In this document: positions 18,525 to 29,176 of the stretch, in pieces
Layout: every line of letters starts with the position of its first letter
Position numbering within the stretch: the first letter of the stretch is position 1
From: Myxococcota bacterium
GTDB taxonomy: Bacteria; Myxococcota; XYA12-FULL-58-9; JALHOP01
Direction: 5' to 3'
DNA length: 64,000 bases
Assembly: GCA_041288095.1 (NCBI GenBank)
Contig: JBGGMJ010000105.1
Span: 1-64,000, forward strand
Translations under genes and position numbers: made by a program
Notes under the pieces: generated by a model
Database searches by the model: none
Told to the model about the DNA's origin: nothing
The model's input: the letters and a program-made list of their open reading frames with translations, nothing else

Positions 18525-19622
18525 CTAAGGCCGCCGCTCGCCGCCATCGATGAAGACGCGAATGGGCACGGCGAGCGTGTCCGGCCGGTCGATGGGTGAG
18601 TCCGCGGTGAAGAAGAAGCTCGCGCGCTGGCCGACCGCGACGGCGCCAAGACCGTCGAAGCCCCAGTAGGCCGCCGGCACTCTGGTTGCCGCGTCCACTA
18701 TGGCGGACATATCGAAGCCGGCCCGCAAGAGCGCGAAGACCTCGGCGTTCTGGATGCCGACAGCGGTGCTGTTGCCGAAGTCGGTGCCGTACATGACAGT
18801 GGCGCCGCGGGCGCGCAGCTCGTGCAAGTTGGCGATGGCCGCTCCGCCACCGCCGAACGCGGCGAGCGTGCTGATGACCGCCTTAGCGCTCCACGCGGCG
18901 AATGTTGCCTCGGCAAGCGGCTCGACCGGAGTATGCGCGAGCACGTCGCAACCAACCCGGGCAGCCAGTGCCGCATGGGCGTCCGTCAAAGCGTGCGCCG
19001 CGACCTTGAGCCCGCGCGCGTGCGCCGCTTCAACGATCGCCCTCGCGGTCGCTTCATCGAGCGTTGGTGGCTCCGAGAACGCGAGCTTCACGACCCGCGC
19101 GTTCTTCGCGACGAGCTGCTCGATCACCGCGCCCGCTTCACCAGGGCCGGCAACCTCGAGTCCGTAGCCAGCGCTCCCCCAACCCTGCGTCGGGTAACCG
19201 CGCGACGCCGTCAGCAGGGGTCCGGCGACCAAAAGCTCGAGGCCTGGGATGCGCGTGCCCATCGCATCGACCGGCATGCCGAGATCGACCGCGCCCGCGA
19301 CGCCGCGGTTGGGGTCGCGCACGATGGTCTTCAGATAAGCCGCATGGACGTGGCTATCGATGAACGCCGGCAACATCCAGCGCCCCGCGGCGTCGAAGCG
19401 GTTCGCCGGAGTTTCGCCGGCGACCTCGGCGTCGTCGGGCAACACCTCGGCAATGCGGCCGTCGCGCACGACGACGGTCATGAGCTTGTTGCGGAGGGTC
19501 CGGGCGTGACGCACGACCAACGGTCTGAACGGCGGCGGCTCGGCGGCGAGCTGGCGCGAGCAGGCGAGGACGAGGAGGCTACAGAGCCACGCGCTTTTCG
19601 ACCACTTGCAGGTATTGCGCAT
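18525..19622 (-). CDS. Amidohydrolase-family lipoprotein
   Basis: DAAGRWMLPAFIDSHVH, VKL, AAHA, LAH, YGTDFG; lipobox LVLAC. Confidence 0.85.
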   Translation of the reverse strand: MRNTCKWSKSAWLCSLLVLACSRQLAAEPPPFRPLVVRHARTLRNKLMTVVVRDGRIAEVLPDDAEVAGETPANRFDAAGRWMLPAFIDSHVHAAYLKTIVRDPNRGVAGAVDLGMPVDAMGTRIPGLELLVAGPLLTASRGYPTQGWGSAGYGLEVAGPGEAGAVIEQLVAKNARVVKLAFSEPPTLDEATARAIVEAAHARGLKVAAHALTDAHAALAARVGCDVLAHTPVEPLAEATFAAWSAKAVISTLAAFGGGGAAIANLHELRARGATVMYGTDFGNSTAVGIQNAEVFALLRAGFDMSAIVDAATRVPAAYWGFDGLGAVAVGQRASFFFTADSPIDRPDTLAVPIRVFIDGGERRP

Positions 19623-19830
19623 CGATGAGCGCCGAGATCCGCTGGTCGAGCTCGTCCTCGGAGAGGGCGTAAGCCTCGCCGTCAGGAAGCGTCTCGTCGT
19701 CGACCGGGTGGGCTTCCAGGCGTTCATGCGCAGGAGCCTTGTCGCTCTGCGCCGTCGCCAAGGCAACGACTCCGCTGGTCACCAACATCGCCACGCACGC
19801 ACCCAAGACCGTAGCCAGCAGGTTCTTCAT
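19579..19830 (-). CDS. Small secreted hypothetical protein
   Basis: MKNLLATVLGACVAMLVTSGVVALATAQS signal peptide with an acidic mature part. Confidence 0.6.
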   Translation of the reverse strand: MKNLLATVLGACVAMLVTSGVVALATAQSDKAPAHERLEAHPVDDETLPDGEAYALSEDELDQRISALIDAQYLQVVEKRVAL

Positions 19831-19840
19831 GGGGGCGAAG

Positions 19841-21046
19841 TTACGGCTTGAGATCGGAAGACGCAAAAAACTCGCGCGCGACGTCCGCGATGGCGTCCGC
19901 GTACTCCTCCGCTCGAACCGGCACCAGCACCCCGTCGAGGTTCACGCGCTCGGAAAGGAAGCGGGGATATTCGGCGTCGGCGTTCATACAGGGTCCTTCG
20001 AGGAGCACCGCCGGCCCGGGGGCGCGGCGCAGGACCGCGAGATTGCGTGCATGGACGCCGGCTTTTTCGTCGAGGGTGACGCGGTTAGGGCGCTTGTCGT
20101 CGGGGTCCGGCCCAATCGGGGGCAGCGCCAGGCGTCGTTGCAGGCTCCAGGCGAACCGGGTCGCGAGCTCGAGGGAGACCGATAGGGTCCCGTCGAGCGC
20201 CCGGCGCAGCGCCCAGTAACGCTGTGACGGCGTCGACAGCTCCCCCTCGAGCGCATTGCCGTAGATGAAGGCCATGATGCCGTCCGCTTGGCCGACGCTC
20301 GCGACGTTGTAGTGAATGGACACGAAGATCTCGTCGGACTGCACGTCGGCCGGGCGCGAGCGGAGATCGTAGTGTGTGTAAGCCTCGTAGGCACGCGAGC
20401 CCGCCAAGGCCCGCCGCTCGGGCCACATGACGACGTGGTCCATCAAGGTCGGCCAACCGAGCCAGGGCGAGAAGCTCTCGCCCAAGATGATGCGCCGCTC
20501 GTGGGCGGGGTCGTAGCCCGCGCGCACGCCCGCGGGGAAAGTCGTCTCCGCCACCTGTGTGCGGGTCAAACGAACGTTGGGAAGCTTGGCGCGCAAACGC
20601 AACGCCGTCGCCAGGGTCAAATCGCCTTCGCGCACCGCCCCACCCGCGCCGACCGTCACATGACGGTGCTCGAGCTGCGACCACGTGCCGCCCCAGTGTC
20701 CCGGGTCGGCGACCACCGCGCGCCAGGGCCGATTCGCGGAGGCCTCCGCGCGCAAGATGACTTGGGCGACGAGCTCGCGGTGCTTCGCGTCACGGTAGAA
20801 CGCGACGGTGCGATCGTTGATCACGAGGAAGGGATCGAGCTGATGCAAGGGATCGATGAGCTGCAAATCGAGGGCGAAGGCCTCGCGCGTCGTCCGCGCG
20901 GAGACCGCGGCGAGGCCAACCTGCATGGTCCGCAGATCGACCTCGTCGGCGAATGGCGACCAAGCTCCAGGAATCGGCATGACCGCGATGGCGGTTAGAA
21001 GGAGCCCTGCAAAGGCAACGTAGCGCCACCAGGCGCGGGGTTTCAC
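19841..21046 (-). CDS. N-acetylmuramoyl-L-alanine amidase (Amidase_3)
   Basis: DPGHWGG, REGDLTL, FVSIHYN, LAVLR..PAVLLEG; N-terminal membrane anchor. Confidence 0.85.
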   Translation of the reverse strand: MKPRAWWRYVAFAGLLLTAIAVMPIPGAWSPFADEVDLRTMQVGLAAVSARTTREAFALDLQLIDPLHQLDPFLVINDRTVAFYRDAKHRELVAQVILRAEASANRPWRAVVADPGHWGGTWSQLEHRHVTVGAGGAVREGDLTLATALRLRAKLPNVRLTRTQVAETTFPAGVRAGYDPAHERRIILGESFSPWLGWPTLMDHVVMWPERRALAGSRAYEAYTHYDLRSRPADVQSDEIFVSIHYNVASVGQADGIMAFIYGNALEGELSTPSQRYWALRRALDGTLSVSLELATRFAWSLQRRLALPPIGPDPDDKRPNRVTLDEKAGVHARNLAVLRRAPGPAVLLEGPCMNADAEYPRFLSERVNLDGVLVPVRAEEYADAIADVAREFFASSDLKP

Positions 21047-21094
21047 TGTTGCCCCGCATGGGCTAAGAGGCGGTCGCACGAGGGAGGAATCGTC

Positions 21095-23197
21095 ATGAAG
21101 AAGACAACGTCGAGCTTGTCCTGGGTATTGCTCGCATCGCTATCCGTCGCCTGCGCCGGCGAGCGCACCGAAGGTGAAACCGTCGCCGCCGCGCCGGAAG
21201 CCTCGGAAGTTTCGAGCAACGCGGCGCAAGCACCCGCAACCACGAGCGTCTCGCTCATTAGCCGCGAAGTCTTGTTCGGCAACCCAGAGCGCACGGCTCC
21301 GCAGCTGTCGCCGGACGGTAAGCGCATCGCGTTCCTGGCTCCAGTCAACAACGTCCTCAACGTTTGGGTCGGTCCCGCGGACGACTTCGCGCAAGCCAAG
21401 CCCGTGACGAGCGACACGAAGCGCGGCATCCGCGACTACTTCTGGACGTACACGAACAATCACATCGTCTATCTCCAGGACAAGGATGGTGACGAGAACT
21501 GGCGCGCCTATGCCATCGACCTCGTCAAAGGCGGCCAGCGTGATCTGACGCCGTTCGACGGGGTGCGCGCCCAGATCGCCCACGTCACGCACAAGAAGCC
21601 GAAGGAGATCTTGATCGGTCTCAACAAGCGCGACCCCAAGGCGCACGACCTTTATCGCGTCGACATCACCACCGGCACCATGAAGCTCGTCGCCGAGAAC
21701 AAGGACAACCTCGCCGACTACATCGCCGACGACGACCTCAACGTTCGCATCGCCAGCAAGATCAATGACGACGGGTCGAGCGAGATCCTCGAGCCCGACG
21801 CCAAGAAGCGCGGCACCTGGAAGAGCCTGCTGCACGTGCCCTTCGACGACACCATGGGCACTTCGCCGGTCGACTTCACCAAAGACGGCAAGGCCATGTA
21901 CCTGCTCGACAGCCGCGACCGCGACACCGCCGCGCTCTACACCTACGACTTCAAGACCAAGGAAAAGAAGCTCGTCGCCGAGAGCAGCGCGGCCGACGTC
22001 GGCGGCATCATGATGCATCCCACCGAGCACACGGTGCAGGCCGTGACGTTCGACCCGGGTCGCATCACCTGGAAGATCCTCGATCCGAAGATCGAAGCCG
22101 ACTTCGCCTCGTGGAAGACCACCGACGACGGCGACCTCGTGAGCGCGCGCTCGTCGCTCGACCAGTCGAAGTGGCTGCTCACGTTCGTGCACGATCAAGG
22201 ACCGACCAAGTACTACGCGTACGATCGCGCCACGAAAAACGCGAAGCTCCTGTTCGTGAACCAACCGAAGCTCGAGGGCGCGCCGCTCTCGGCGATGCAA
22301 GCGGTGACCATCCGCTCGCGCGACAACCTCGATCTGCCGAGCTACCTGACGCTACCCATGGACGCGGTCGCGTTGCAGGCCACCAAGCCGGCGAAGCCTT
22401 TGCCGATGGTGCTCTTGGTGCACGGTGGTCCGTGGGCGCGCGACACCTGGGGCTTCAACCGCTCGCACCAGTGGCTCGCCAATCGCGGCTACGCGGTGCT
22501 CAGCGTCAACTACCGCGGCTCGACCGGTTTCGGAAAAGCCTTCGTCAACGCCAGCAAGATGCAGTGGGCCGGCACCATGCACGATGATCTCCTCGACGCG
22601 GTGGACTGGGCGGTCAAGGAAGGCATCGCCGACCCCAAACGCGTCGCCATCATGGGCGGCAGCTACGGCGGCTACGCGACCCTCGTGGGTCTCACCTTCA
22701 CGCCGGACGTCTTCGCATGCGGCGTCGACATCGTCGGGCCCTCGAACCTCGCGACCTTGCTGGCGACGATCCCCCCGTACTGGGCGCCCGCTAAAGCGTT
22801 GTTCACCAGCCGCGTCGGCGACATTTCGACCGAAGAGGGCAAGGCGAAGCTCGCCGAGCGCTCGCCGCTGACCAAGGCGGACAAGATCGTGAAGCCCCTA
22901 CTCATCGGTCAGGGCGCCAACGACCCGCGCGTCAAGCAAGCGGAGTCGGACCAGATCGTGACGGCGATGAACGCCAAGAACATCCCGGTGACCTATGTGG
23001 TGTTCGGCGACGAGGGCCACGGCTTCAAGCGGCCGGAGAACAGCATGGCGTTCAACGCGGTCGCCGAGGCGTTCCTCGCCAAGCACCTGGGAGGGCGGTT
23101 CGAGCCGGTCGGTGACGACTTCAGCGGCTCGTCCATCGACATCAAGAACGGCGCCGAGCTCATCCCGGGCCTGCCGAAACCGGTGGCCGCCCGATGA
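21095..23197 (+). CDS. S9 family dipeptidyl/acylaminoacyl peptidase, lipoprotein
   Basis: VHGGPW, NYRGSTGFG, nucleophile GGSYGG, GANDPRV, DEGHGF. Confidence 0.95.
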   Translation: MKKTTSSLSWVLLASLSVACAGERTEGETVAAAPEASEVSSNAAQAPATTSVSLISREVLFGNPERTAPQLSPDGKRIAFLAPVNNVLNVWVGPADDFAQAKPVTSDTKRGIRDYFWTYTNNHIVYLQDKDGDENWRAYAIDLVKGGQRDLTPFDGVRAQIAHVTHKKPKEILIGLNKRDPKAHDLYRVDITTGTMKLVAENKDNLADYIADDDLNVRIASKINDDGSSEILEPDAKKRGTWKSLLHVPFDDTMGTSPVDFTKDGKAMYLLDSRDRDTAALYTYDFKTKEKKLVAESSAADVGGIMMHPTEHTVQAVTFDPGRITWKILDPKIEADFASWKTTDDGDLVSARSSLDQSKWLLTFVHDQGPTKYYAYDRATKNAKLLFVNQPKLEGAPLSAMQAVTIRSRDNLDLPSYLTLPMDAVALQATKPAKPLPMVLLVHGGPWARDTWGFNRSHQWLANRGYAVLSVNYRGSTGFGKAFVNASKMQWAGTMHDDLLDAVDWAVKEGIADPKRVAIMGGSYGGYATLVGLTFTPDVFACGVDIVGPSNLATLLATIPPYWAPAKALFTSRVGDISTEEGKAKLAERSPLTKADKIVKPLLIGQGANDPRVKQAESDQIVTAMNAKNIPVTYVVFGDEGHGFKRPENSMAFNAVAEAFLAKHLGGRFEPVGDDFSGSSIDIKNGAELIPGLPKPVAAR

Positions 23198-25239
23198 AAA
23201 TCAGGCTTTCGCTGTGCTGGTTGCTGCTCGTCGCCGCGTGCGGCAAGTCCCCGGATGCGACGACCGTCAAAACGGACGGCAGCCCGCGTAGCATCACGGC
23301 GGAGGCCTCCATCGCCCCGGCGAAGGCGGAGCTAGCGATCATCGCACGGCGCGACTTGTTCAGCTCGCCCGATCACATCGAGCCGCGCTTGTCCCCCGAC
23401 GGGAAGATGCTCGCTTGGCTCGCGCCCGTGGGGGGGATTCTCAATGTTTGGGTCGCTCCGGCGACGAACGTTGAAGCCGCCAAAGCAATCACCAACGACG
23501 GCAAGCGCGGGATTCGTGTCTATCACTGGACCTACGACGGCCGGCACATCATCTACGAGCAGGACAAGGACGGCGACGAGAACTGGCACCTCTACGTGCT
23601 CGACATCGTCACCGGCCAAACGCGCGACGCCACCGCTTTCCAAGACGTAAAAGCAAGCGTGGTGGCGCTGTCACCGCTCAAGAAATCGAGCGCCGTGGTG
23701 GCGCTGAACCGTCGCGATCCGGAGTGGGAGGATCTCTTCGAGCTCGACCTCGCGCAAGCGACCTTGAAGCCCTTGTTCGAGAACCGCGCCAAGCTCACCG
23801 ACATGCGCGTGAGTGACGACTACAAGGTGATGGTCGGTGACCACCAGAACGATGACGGCGGCAAAGACCTGGTCTTGGTCGAGCTGGGCAAGAAGGCCGG
23901 TAAGCCCAAGAGCATTGCCACCGTCCGCTTTGGCGATGAGGTCACCACCGCCGCCATCGGCTTCTCGAGCGATGCCAAAACGCTCTACATGATCGACAGC
24001 CGCGACCGGGACACCGCCGCGTTGATGGCGCTCGATCTCAAGACATTGAAGTCGCGCATGCTCGCCGATGACGCCAAAGCGGACGTGTCGGACGTCATCA
24101 TGCATCCGGTGACGCACGCGCCGCAGGTCGTAACGTTCGAGTACGACACGGTGAGCACGGTGCTGCTCGACACCGACGTCGCCGCCGACGTCACCGCGCT
24201 ACGCGCCGTCGAGCCGGGCAACATCACCTGGACCTCGACGCTCGACAACCAACACTGGATCGTCACCTTCGCCGGCACTGACACGCCGTATCGCTTCTAC
24301 ACCTACGATCGCAAAACCCGCGAAGCGCGCTTCTTGTTCTCCGCGCGCAGCATCCTCGAGAAGGCGCAGCTGGCTCACCGTCGCGCCGTGGTCATCCCTG
24401 CCCGCGATGGCGTACCACTCGTGTCGTATCTCACTTTGCCGTTCGCGACGCCGCGCGAAGACACCCAGCTTCCCGAGCGTCCTCTGCCGATGGTGCTCTA
24501 CGTGCACGGCGGCCCATGGGCGCGCGACTCCGAAGGCTACGACGGTGTGGCGCAGTGGCTCGCGAACCGCGGCTACGCGGTGCTGCAAGTGAACTACCGG
24601 GGCTCGACCGGCTTCGGGAAAAAGTTCGTGAACCTGGCGAACCGCGGCTGGGGCGGCAGCATGCACGAGGACTTGGTCGACGCCGTGAAGTGGGCGGTGG
24701 CTCAAGGCATCACCAAGGACGACACCGTCGGCATCTTCGGCGGCAGCTACGGTGGCTACGCGACGCTCACCGGCATGACCAAGACGCCGACCCTGTTCCG
24801 TTGCGGCGTCGACATCGTCGGCCCATCGAACCTCGAGACCTTCATCGCGGCCTTCCCTCCGTACTGGAAGCCGTACCTCTCGATGGTCTACGAGCGCATC
24901 GGCGACCCACGTAACGACGACGGCAAGGCCTTCCTGCGCGAGCGCTCACCACTCACGCACATCGACGCCATCGCGCGCCCGTTGCTCATCGCTCAGGGCG
25001 CGAACGACCCACGCGTGAAGCGCGCCGAGTCCGAGCAAATCGTCGCGGCGATGCGCGCCAAGAAGATCCCGGTCACCTACGCCGTCTTCCCGGACGAAGG
25101 TCACGGCTTCGCGCGTCCGGCGAATCGCTTGGCGTTCTTCGCTTTAGCGGAGGAGTTCTTGGCGAAGCACCTGGGTGGCCGGGTCGAGCCGTTGGGCACC
25201 GATGGCAACGGCTCGTCGATGCAGGTGGCGAACGACTAA
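23194..25239 (+). CDS. S9 family peptidase, tandem paralogue
   Basis: Same catalytic motifs (GGSYGG, NDPRV, DEGHGF); lipobox VAAC; ATGA overlap. Confidence 0.95.
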   Translation: MKIRLSLCWLLLVAACGKSPDATTVKTDGSPRSITAEASIAPAKAELAIIARRDLFSSPDHIEPRLSPDGKMLAWLAPVGGILNVWVAPATNVEAAKAITNDGKRGIRVYHWTYDGRHIIYEQDKDGDENWHLYVLDIVTGQTRDATAFQDVKASVVALSPLKKSSAVVALNRRDPEWEDLFELDLAQATLKPLFENRAKLTDMRVSDDYKVMVGDHQNDDGGKDLVLVELGKKAGKPKSIATVRFGDEVTTAAIGFSSDAKTLYMIDSRDRDTAALMALDLKTLKSRMLADDAKADVSDVIMHPVTHAPQVVTFEYDTVSTVLLDTDVAADVTALRAVEPGNITWTSTLDNQHWIVTFAGTDTPYRFYTYDRKTREARFLFSARSILEKAQLAHRRAVVIPARDGVPLVSYLTLPFATPREDTQLPERPLPMVLYVHGGPWARDSEGYDGVAQWLANRGYAVLQVNYRGSTGFGKKFVNLANRGWGGSMHEDLVDAVKWAVAQGITKDDTVGIFGGSYGGYATLTGMTKTPTLFRCGVDIVGPSNLETFIAAFPPYWKPYLSMVYERIGDPRNDDGKAFLRERSPLTHIDAIARPLLIAQGANDPRVKRAESEQIVAAMRAKKIPVTYAVFPDEGHGFARPANRLAFFALAEEFLAKHLGGRVEPLGTDGNGSSMQVAND

Positions 25240-25241
25240 GC

Positions 25242-26399
25242 TCAAGCGCGCTTCGACCCCGCATAGAGATCGAAGATCAACAGCTTGCACGGGATGTTGC
25301 CGTTCAAGATGGGGATCCGCTGCGTGGTCTTGAGGCCGATGAACTTGTGCGGTGAGGCCTCGACCACGAGGAGTGCCGCGCGCCAGCCGGCGAAGCGCTG
25401 CTTCAAGGTGTCGCCGATCTCCTCGTAGAGCTGCGTGAGATTGCTGACCGCCAAGCGCTCGTCGTACGGAAGGTTCGTCACCAGGACGCCACTCTCCGCC
25501 GGCGGCGTCACGTCCTGCATGCGCTGCGTCGCGAACGTCATGTTGCGCTCGACGCGCGCGGTCAAAGCGCTCTTCTGAGTCATGGCGACGTACTTCGCTT
25601 CGACGTCGGATGCGACGAGCGGCACCGGGCATTGCTCGAGAATGCCGGCGCGGGCGCTCTCTTGGACCTCGCGCCACAGTCCGCGATTGAAGTCTTTGTG
25701 CCACTCGAAAGCGAAGTCGCCCTTCTTGCGCAGAAGCAGCGGGGGCCGCTTCACCGCCATCAGCGCCGCCTCGATGGCGATGGTGCCGCTCCCGCACATC
25801 GGGTCCATGAAGGGCTTCGTGCCGTCGTAGCCCGCGAGCACGAGGAGTGAAGCGGCGAGTGTCTCCTTGATGACCGCGGGGTGGCCCGACTCGCGATAGC
25901 CGCGCTTGTGCAGCGACTTGCCGGTGGTATCGAGCCCCAGTGTGCATCGGCCCTTGTCCATGAAGGCGACGATGGTGACGCGGCCGTCGTCGGCATCGAT
26001 CTTCGGGACCTTGCCGAGCTTGAACTGGAAGACCTCGCGAACCGCCTCGCGAACCTGCGTGAGCACGGCTTTGGACGTCAACGGCCCACGCTGGTCGGCG
26101 CCGACCACTTCGACCCTGAAGCTGTGCTGGGCGTCGAAGAGCTCCGGCCAGTTGATGCGCTGCACCTGCGAATACAACATCACCGGCGTCTTGGCGGCGA
26201 CCACTTTGAGGACGCGCAGGATGCTGCTCGGAGTGCGCAGCCGCAGATGCGCTTCGTAGAACTGCTTCTCGTCGGCGGTGAACGAGACCGCGCGAAACAA
26301 CGGCTCGACGTCGCGGACACCGAGCGCGACCAGCTCTTGCAGCAATGCGTCCTTGGTCTCTTCGGGACAGGTGGCGACTAGCCGATATTCTTTGCTCAC
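25242..26399 (-). CDS. rlmL: THUMP-domain RNA methyltransferase (RlmL-like)
   Basis: LDTTGKSLHKRGYR, IKETLAA, DPMCGSGTIAIEAA, TNLPY, NGNIPC. Confidence 0.88.
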   Translation of the reverse strand: MSKEYRLVATCPEETKDALLQELVALGVRDVEPLFRAVSFTADEKQFYEAHLRLRTPSSILRVLKVVAAKTPVMLYSQVQRINWPELFDAQHSFRVEVVGADQRGPLTSKAVLTQVREAVREVFQFKLGKVPKIDADDGRVTIVAFMDKGRCTLGLDTTGKSLHKRGYRESGHPAVIKETLAASLLVLAGYDGTKPFMDPMCGSGTIAIEAALMAVKRPPLLLRKKGDFAFEWHKDFNRGLWREVQESARAGILEQCPVPLVASDVEAKYVAMTQKSALTARVERNMTFATQRMQDVTPPAESGVLVTNLPYDERLAVSNLTQLYEEIGDTLKQRFAGWRAALLVVEASPHKFIGLKTTQRIPILNGNIPCKLLIFDLYAGSKRA

Positions 26400-26411
26400 G
26401 AGGTCGTCATA

Positions 26412-27374
26412 TCAGGCGGCGATCAGCACCGTCATGGTCTCGAAGCACTCATCGCCCCAGCGGGCCTTGTAATCGACGTCCGATCCCAGGTCATAGAGCG
26501 CGATGCCTTCGGCCGCCACGCTCTCGATGGTCACGAGCTGCATGAGATTGCCGAGACCGACGGGCGCATAGGCATCGTCGTAGGCGAACTGCAGCCCACG
26601 GTACGTCGAAGCGAACAGGCCACCCAAGATGTAGCCGACGTCGCGGTCCTCGTGGCGCGCGAACCACAAGCGCAGCGCGCCACGGCGGAGGAGACGCTCG
26701 GTCTGCAAACGATAGTGCAGAGCCATGGAGCTCGAGGCGAGGCCGACGCCTTCGCGACCCTTCCAGCTCCTGCGGTCGACGTCGAGGACACGCTCGTAGA
26801 CCGCTTCGGCGGATGCGTCGTCGGGCACGCGCTCGAACGTCATTCCCATGGAGTTGGCTTTTGCACGCGAGCGCCTCAGGCTCTTGCGAAAATCGCGTGG
26901 CCGCCGCGACAAGAACCCATCGACGCCGTCGTGGAGCCATGCGCGATAGCGACGGGTGCTCTCGCCGCGGTGCAAGCGATAGTCTTCACCCAGCTGGATG
27001 ATCAACGCCCTGAAGGCGCGCGACCCGGGGATGATGCCGCCGACCGCGCAGAGCTTCCACGCGCGTCGCTCGGTCGCGAGGAGCACCGCGAGGTCGACGA
27101 CCAAGCTCTCCGGCGACTCGCCGATGAGCGGCGATGGAAAGCCCCACGAGAGCTCGAGCGGCATCAAGATCCGCTGCTGCTCCTCGAGGGCAAACGCGAG
27201 ATAGCCATTCTCCGAGCGCCACATGAACGCCGTCTGCTCCGGCGCGAACGCCGTGTGGGCCGGAAGAATCCAGTCGCTCGCCGAGCAATAGAGATCGATC
27301 TCCGGAGTCTTCGCGACCGTGGCGTCGAAGGTGGCGCTATCGGCGTCGAGGTCTTCGAAGCTCAGGTGCCGCAT
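26412..27374 (-). CDS. GNAT family protein (Acetyltransf_6 / CelD-BcsL-like)
   Basis: FRKSLRR, SWKG, AYDDAYAPVGLG, YDLGSDVDYKARW. Confidence 0.8.
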   Translation of the reverse strand: MRHLSFEDLDADSATFDATVAKTPEIDLYCSASDWILPAHTAFAPEQTAFMWRSENGYLAFALEEQQRILMPLELSWGFPSPLIGESPESLVVDLAVLLATERRAWKLCAVGGIIPGSRAFRALIIQLGEDYRLHRGESTRRYRAWLHDGVDGFLSRRPRDFRKSLRRSRAKANSMGMTFERVPDDASAEAVYERVLDVDRRSWKGREGVGLASSSMALHYRLQTERLLRRGALRLWFARHEDRDVGYILGGLFASTYRGLQFAYDDAYAPVGLGNLMQLVTIESVAAEGIALYDLGSDVDYKARWGDECFETMTVLIAA

Positions 27375-28358
27375 TCAGTAACTCGGCGCGATGAAGTCCG
27401 GGTGCGTCGGATAGACGTAGCTCTTGTACGCGCGCATGTCGGGCTTGCCGGCGGCGACCCAGGCGTTGATCCAGAGCGTCGCGAGCACATCGGCGCCCGT
27501 CGCCAAACGCTCGGTGATGCGCGCCTGGAAATACGGCAGCGTCGCAGCCACCGGTTTGCGCTTCGCGGGCTTCTTCGCATCACCCCTGGCGATCAGCGCG
27601 TGCACGCTGTCGAGCCTGCGCACGTCGTCGAGCTGTCCAAGGGCGTCGAAGCTCTCGGCGATGGCAATCGCCACCGGGTCGGTGCCACTAACCAGCTTCT
27701 TCGCGGGCTCGGTGGCCAGCGCCACGGCATAGACGTCCGCCTCGAGCTGCAGCGGCGCGGCGTTCACCAGATCACTCTCGAAGTAGGCGTGAATGCCGCC
27801 CTGCCCGGTCTGCCAACCGTCGTGATCGTTGGTGTTGTGGTACGGCTGCGCCAAATCGCCAACGAAGTGCGACAGCAGCCCGGCGTAGAGTAACGCTTCG
27901 TTGACCCGCTCTTCGCTCGCACCCTGCTGCTTCACTTTGCCCAGTGCCGTCGCCATCGCCGTGGCGAGCTGCTCCACCCGCCAGGGTGCTGTGCCGACAT
28001 CGCCCGCCAGATCGACGCCACGTGCCTTGGCGAGCTCGACCGCTTTGGCGTACGCGCGTGGCGCGTCATCGCGTGTTGGGCTCGACAGCAACTTCTCCCA
28101 GTTGATGTAGTGCGTCGGGCCGTTCGCTTTGGCGGTCGCTTGATCGCCGGCGCGCCAGACGATGTCGGGCACGTTGGCGAGATGCGCCAGCATGTGCTCG
28201 CGCTGCACCAGCGGCGTCGACAGCGAGGGGTCGTCGATCATGCGCGCCGCCACGAGGCGAGCAGCAACGCGCGTGACCACGTCGTGACCGCGCTCGCCCC
28301 AGGCATGAGCGCGGCTCGATACGCACAGCACAATCGCCAGGACGGTGAAGCGCATCAA
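27375..28358 (-). CDS. Secreted S1/P1 nuclease / Zn phospholipase C fold protein
   Basis: Signal peptide followed by WGERGH, PD, THYIN, SHFVGDLAQPYH, IHAYFE. Confidence 0.85.
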   Translation of the reverse strand: MMRFTVLAIVLCVSSRAHAWGERGHDVVTRVAARLVAARMIDDPSLSTPLVQREHMLAHLANVPDIVWRAGDQATAKANGPTHYINWEKLLSSPTRDDAPRAYAKAVELAKARGVDLAGDVGTAPWRVEQLATAMATALGKVKQQGASEERVNEALLYAGLLSHFVGDLAQPYHNTNDHDGWQTGQGGIHAYFESDLVNAAPLQLEADVYAVALATEPAKKLVSGTDPVAIAIAESFDALGQLDDVRRLDSVHALIARGDAKKPAKRKPVAATLPYFQARITERLATGADVLATLWINAWVAAGKPDMRAYKSYVYPTHPDFIAPSY

Positions 28359-29176
28359 TCGATGAAGAAGTCGGGAATGAGCTGCGCGCCCTTCACCACC
28401 GCGTACTTGTCGAGGTCGGTAACACCGGCGCCCTTGAGGACCTCGTCATCGATGTAGAAGTTGCCGGTCACCTTGCGGCTATCGCTGGTCAAGATGACGT
28501 GCGCCGCGTCGGCCATGATGTCGGGCGTGCGCGAGGCGTTCATCATGTCCTCACCGCCGAGCATGTTGACCGCGGCGGTCGCGATGGTCGTACGCGGCCA
28601 CAAGGCGTTCACGGCGACTCCTTGGTCGCGGAACTCCTCGGCCATCCCGAGCACGCACATGCTCATGCCGTACTTCGCCATCGTGTAGGCCACATGGTTC
28701 TTGAACCACTTGGCGCTCATCGACAGCGGTGGCGAGAGGTTCAAGATGTGCGGGTTCTTGGCCTTCAAGAGGTGCGGCAGGCAAGCGCGCGAGGTCATGT
28801 ACGTACCGCGCACGTTGACGCCGAACATCAGGTCGAAGCGCTTCGGCTCCGTTTCCAACGTGCCCGTGAGCTGGATGGCGCTAGCGTTGTTCACGCAGAT
28901 GTCGATGCCGCCAAAGGTCTTCACCGCTTCGGCGACCGCGGCCTGGACGTTGTCGTCGTTGCGCACGTCGACGGTGAGGGCGAGCGCCTTGCCGCCGGCC
29001 TTTTCGAAGTCCGCCGCGGCGGAGTGGATGGTGCCCGGCAGCCGCGGATGCGGTTCGGTGGTCTTCGCCGCGACGACGATGTTGGCGCCGTCGCGCGCCG
29101 CGCGCATGCCTATAGCGTAGCCGATGCCGCGTGACGCGCCGGTGATGAAGAGGGTCTTGCCTTTGAGAGTGGTCAT
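28355..29176 (-). CDS. Short-chain dehydrogenase (HSDL2/AtuG-like)
   Basis: TGASRGIG, AAKTTEPHPRLPGTIH, NNASAI, YTMAKYGMS, NALWPRT. Confidence 0.92.
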   Translation of the reverse strand: MTTLKGKTLFITGASRGIGYAIGMRAARDGANIVVAAKTTEPHPRLPGTIHSAAADFEKAGGKALALTVDVRNDDNVQAAVAEAVKTFGGIDICVNNASAIQLTGTLETEPKRFDLMFGVNVRGTYMTSRACLPHLLKAKNPHILNLSPPLSMSAKWFKNHVAYTMAKYGMSMCVLGMAEEFRDQGVAVNALWPRTTIATAAVNMLGGEDMMNASRTPDIMADAAHVILTSDSRKVTGNFYIDDEVLKGAGVTDLDKYAVVKGAQLIPDFFID

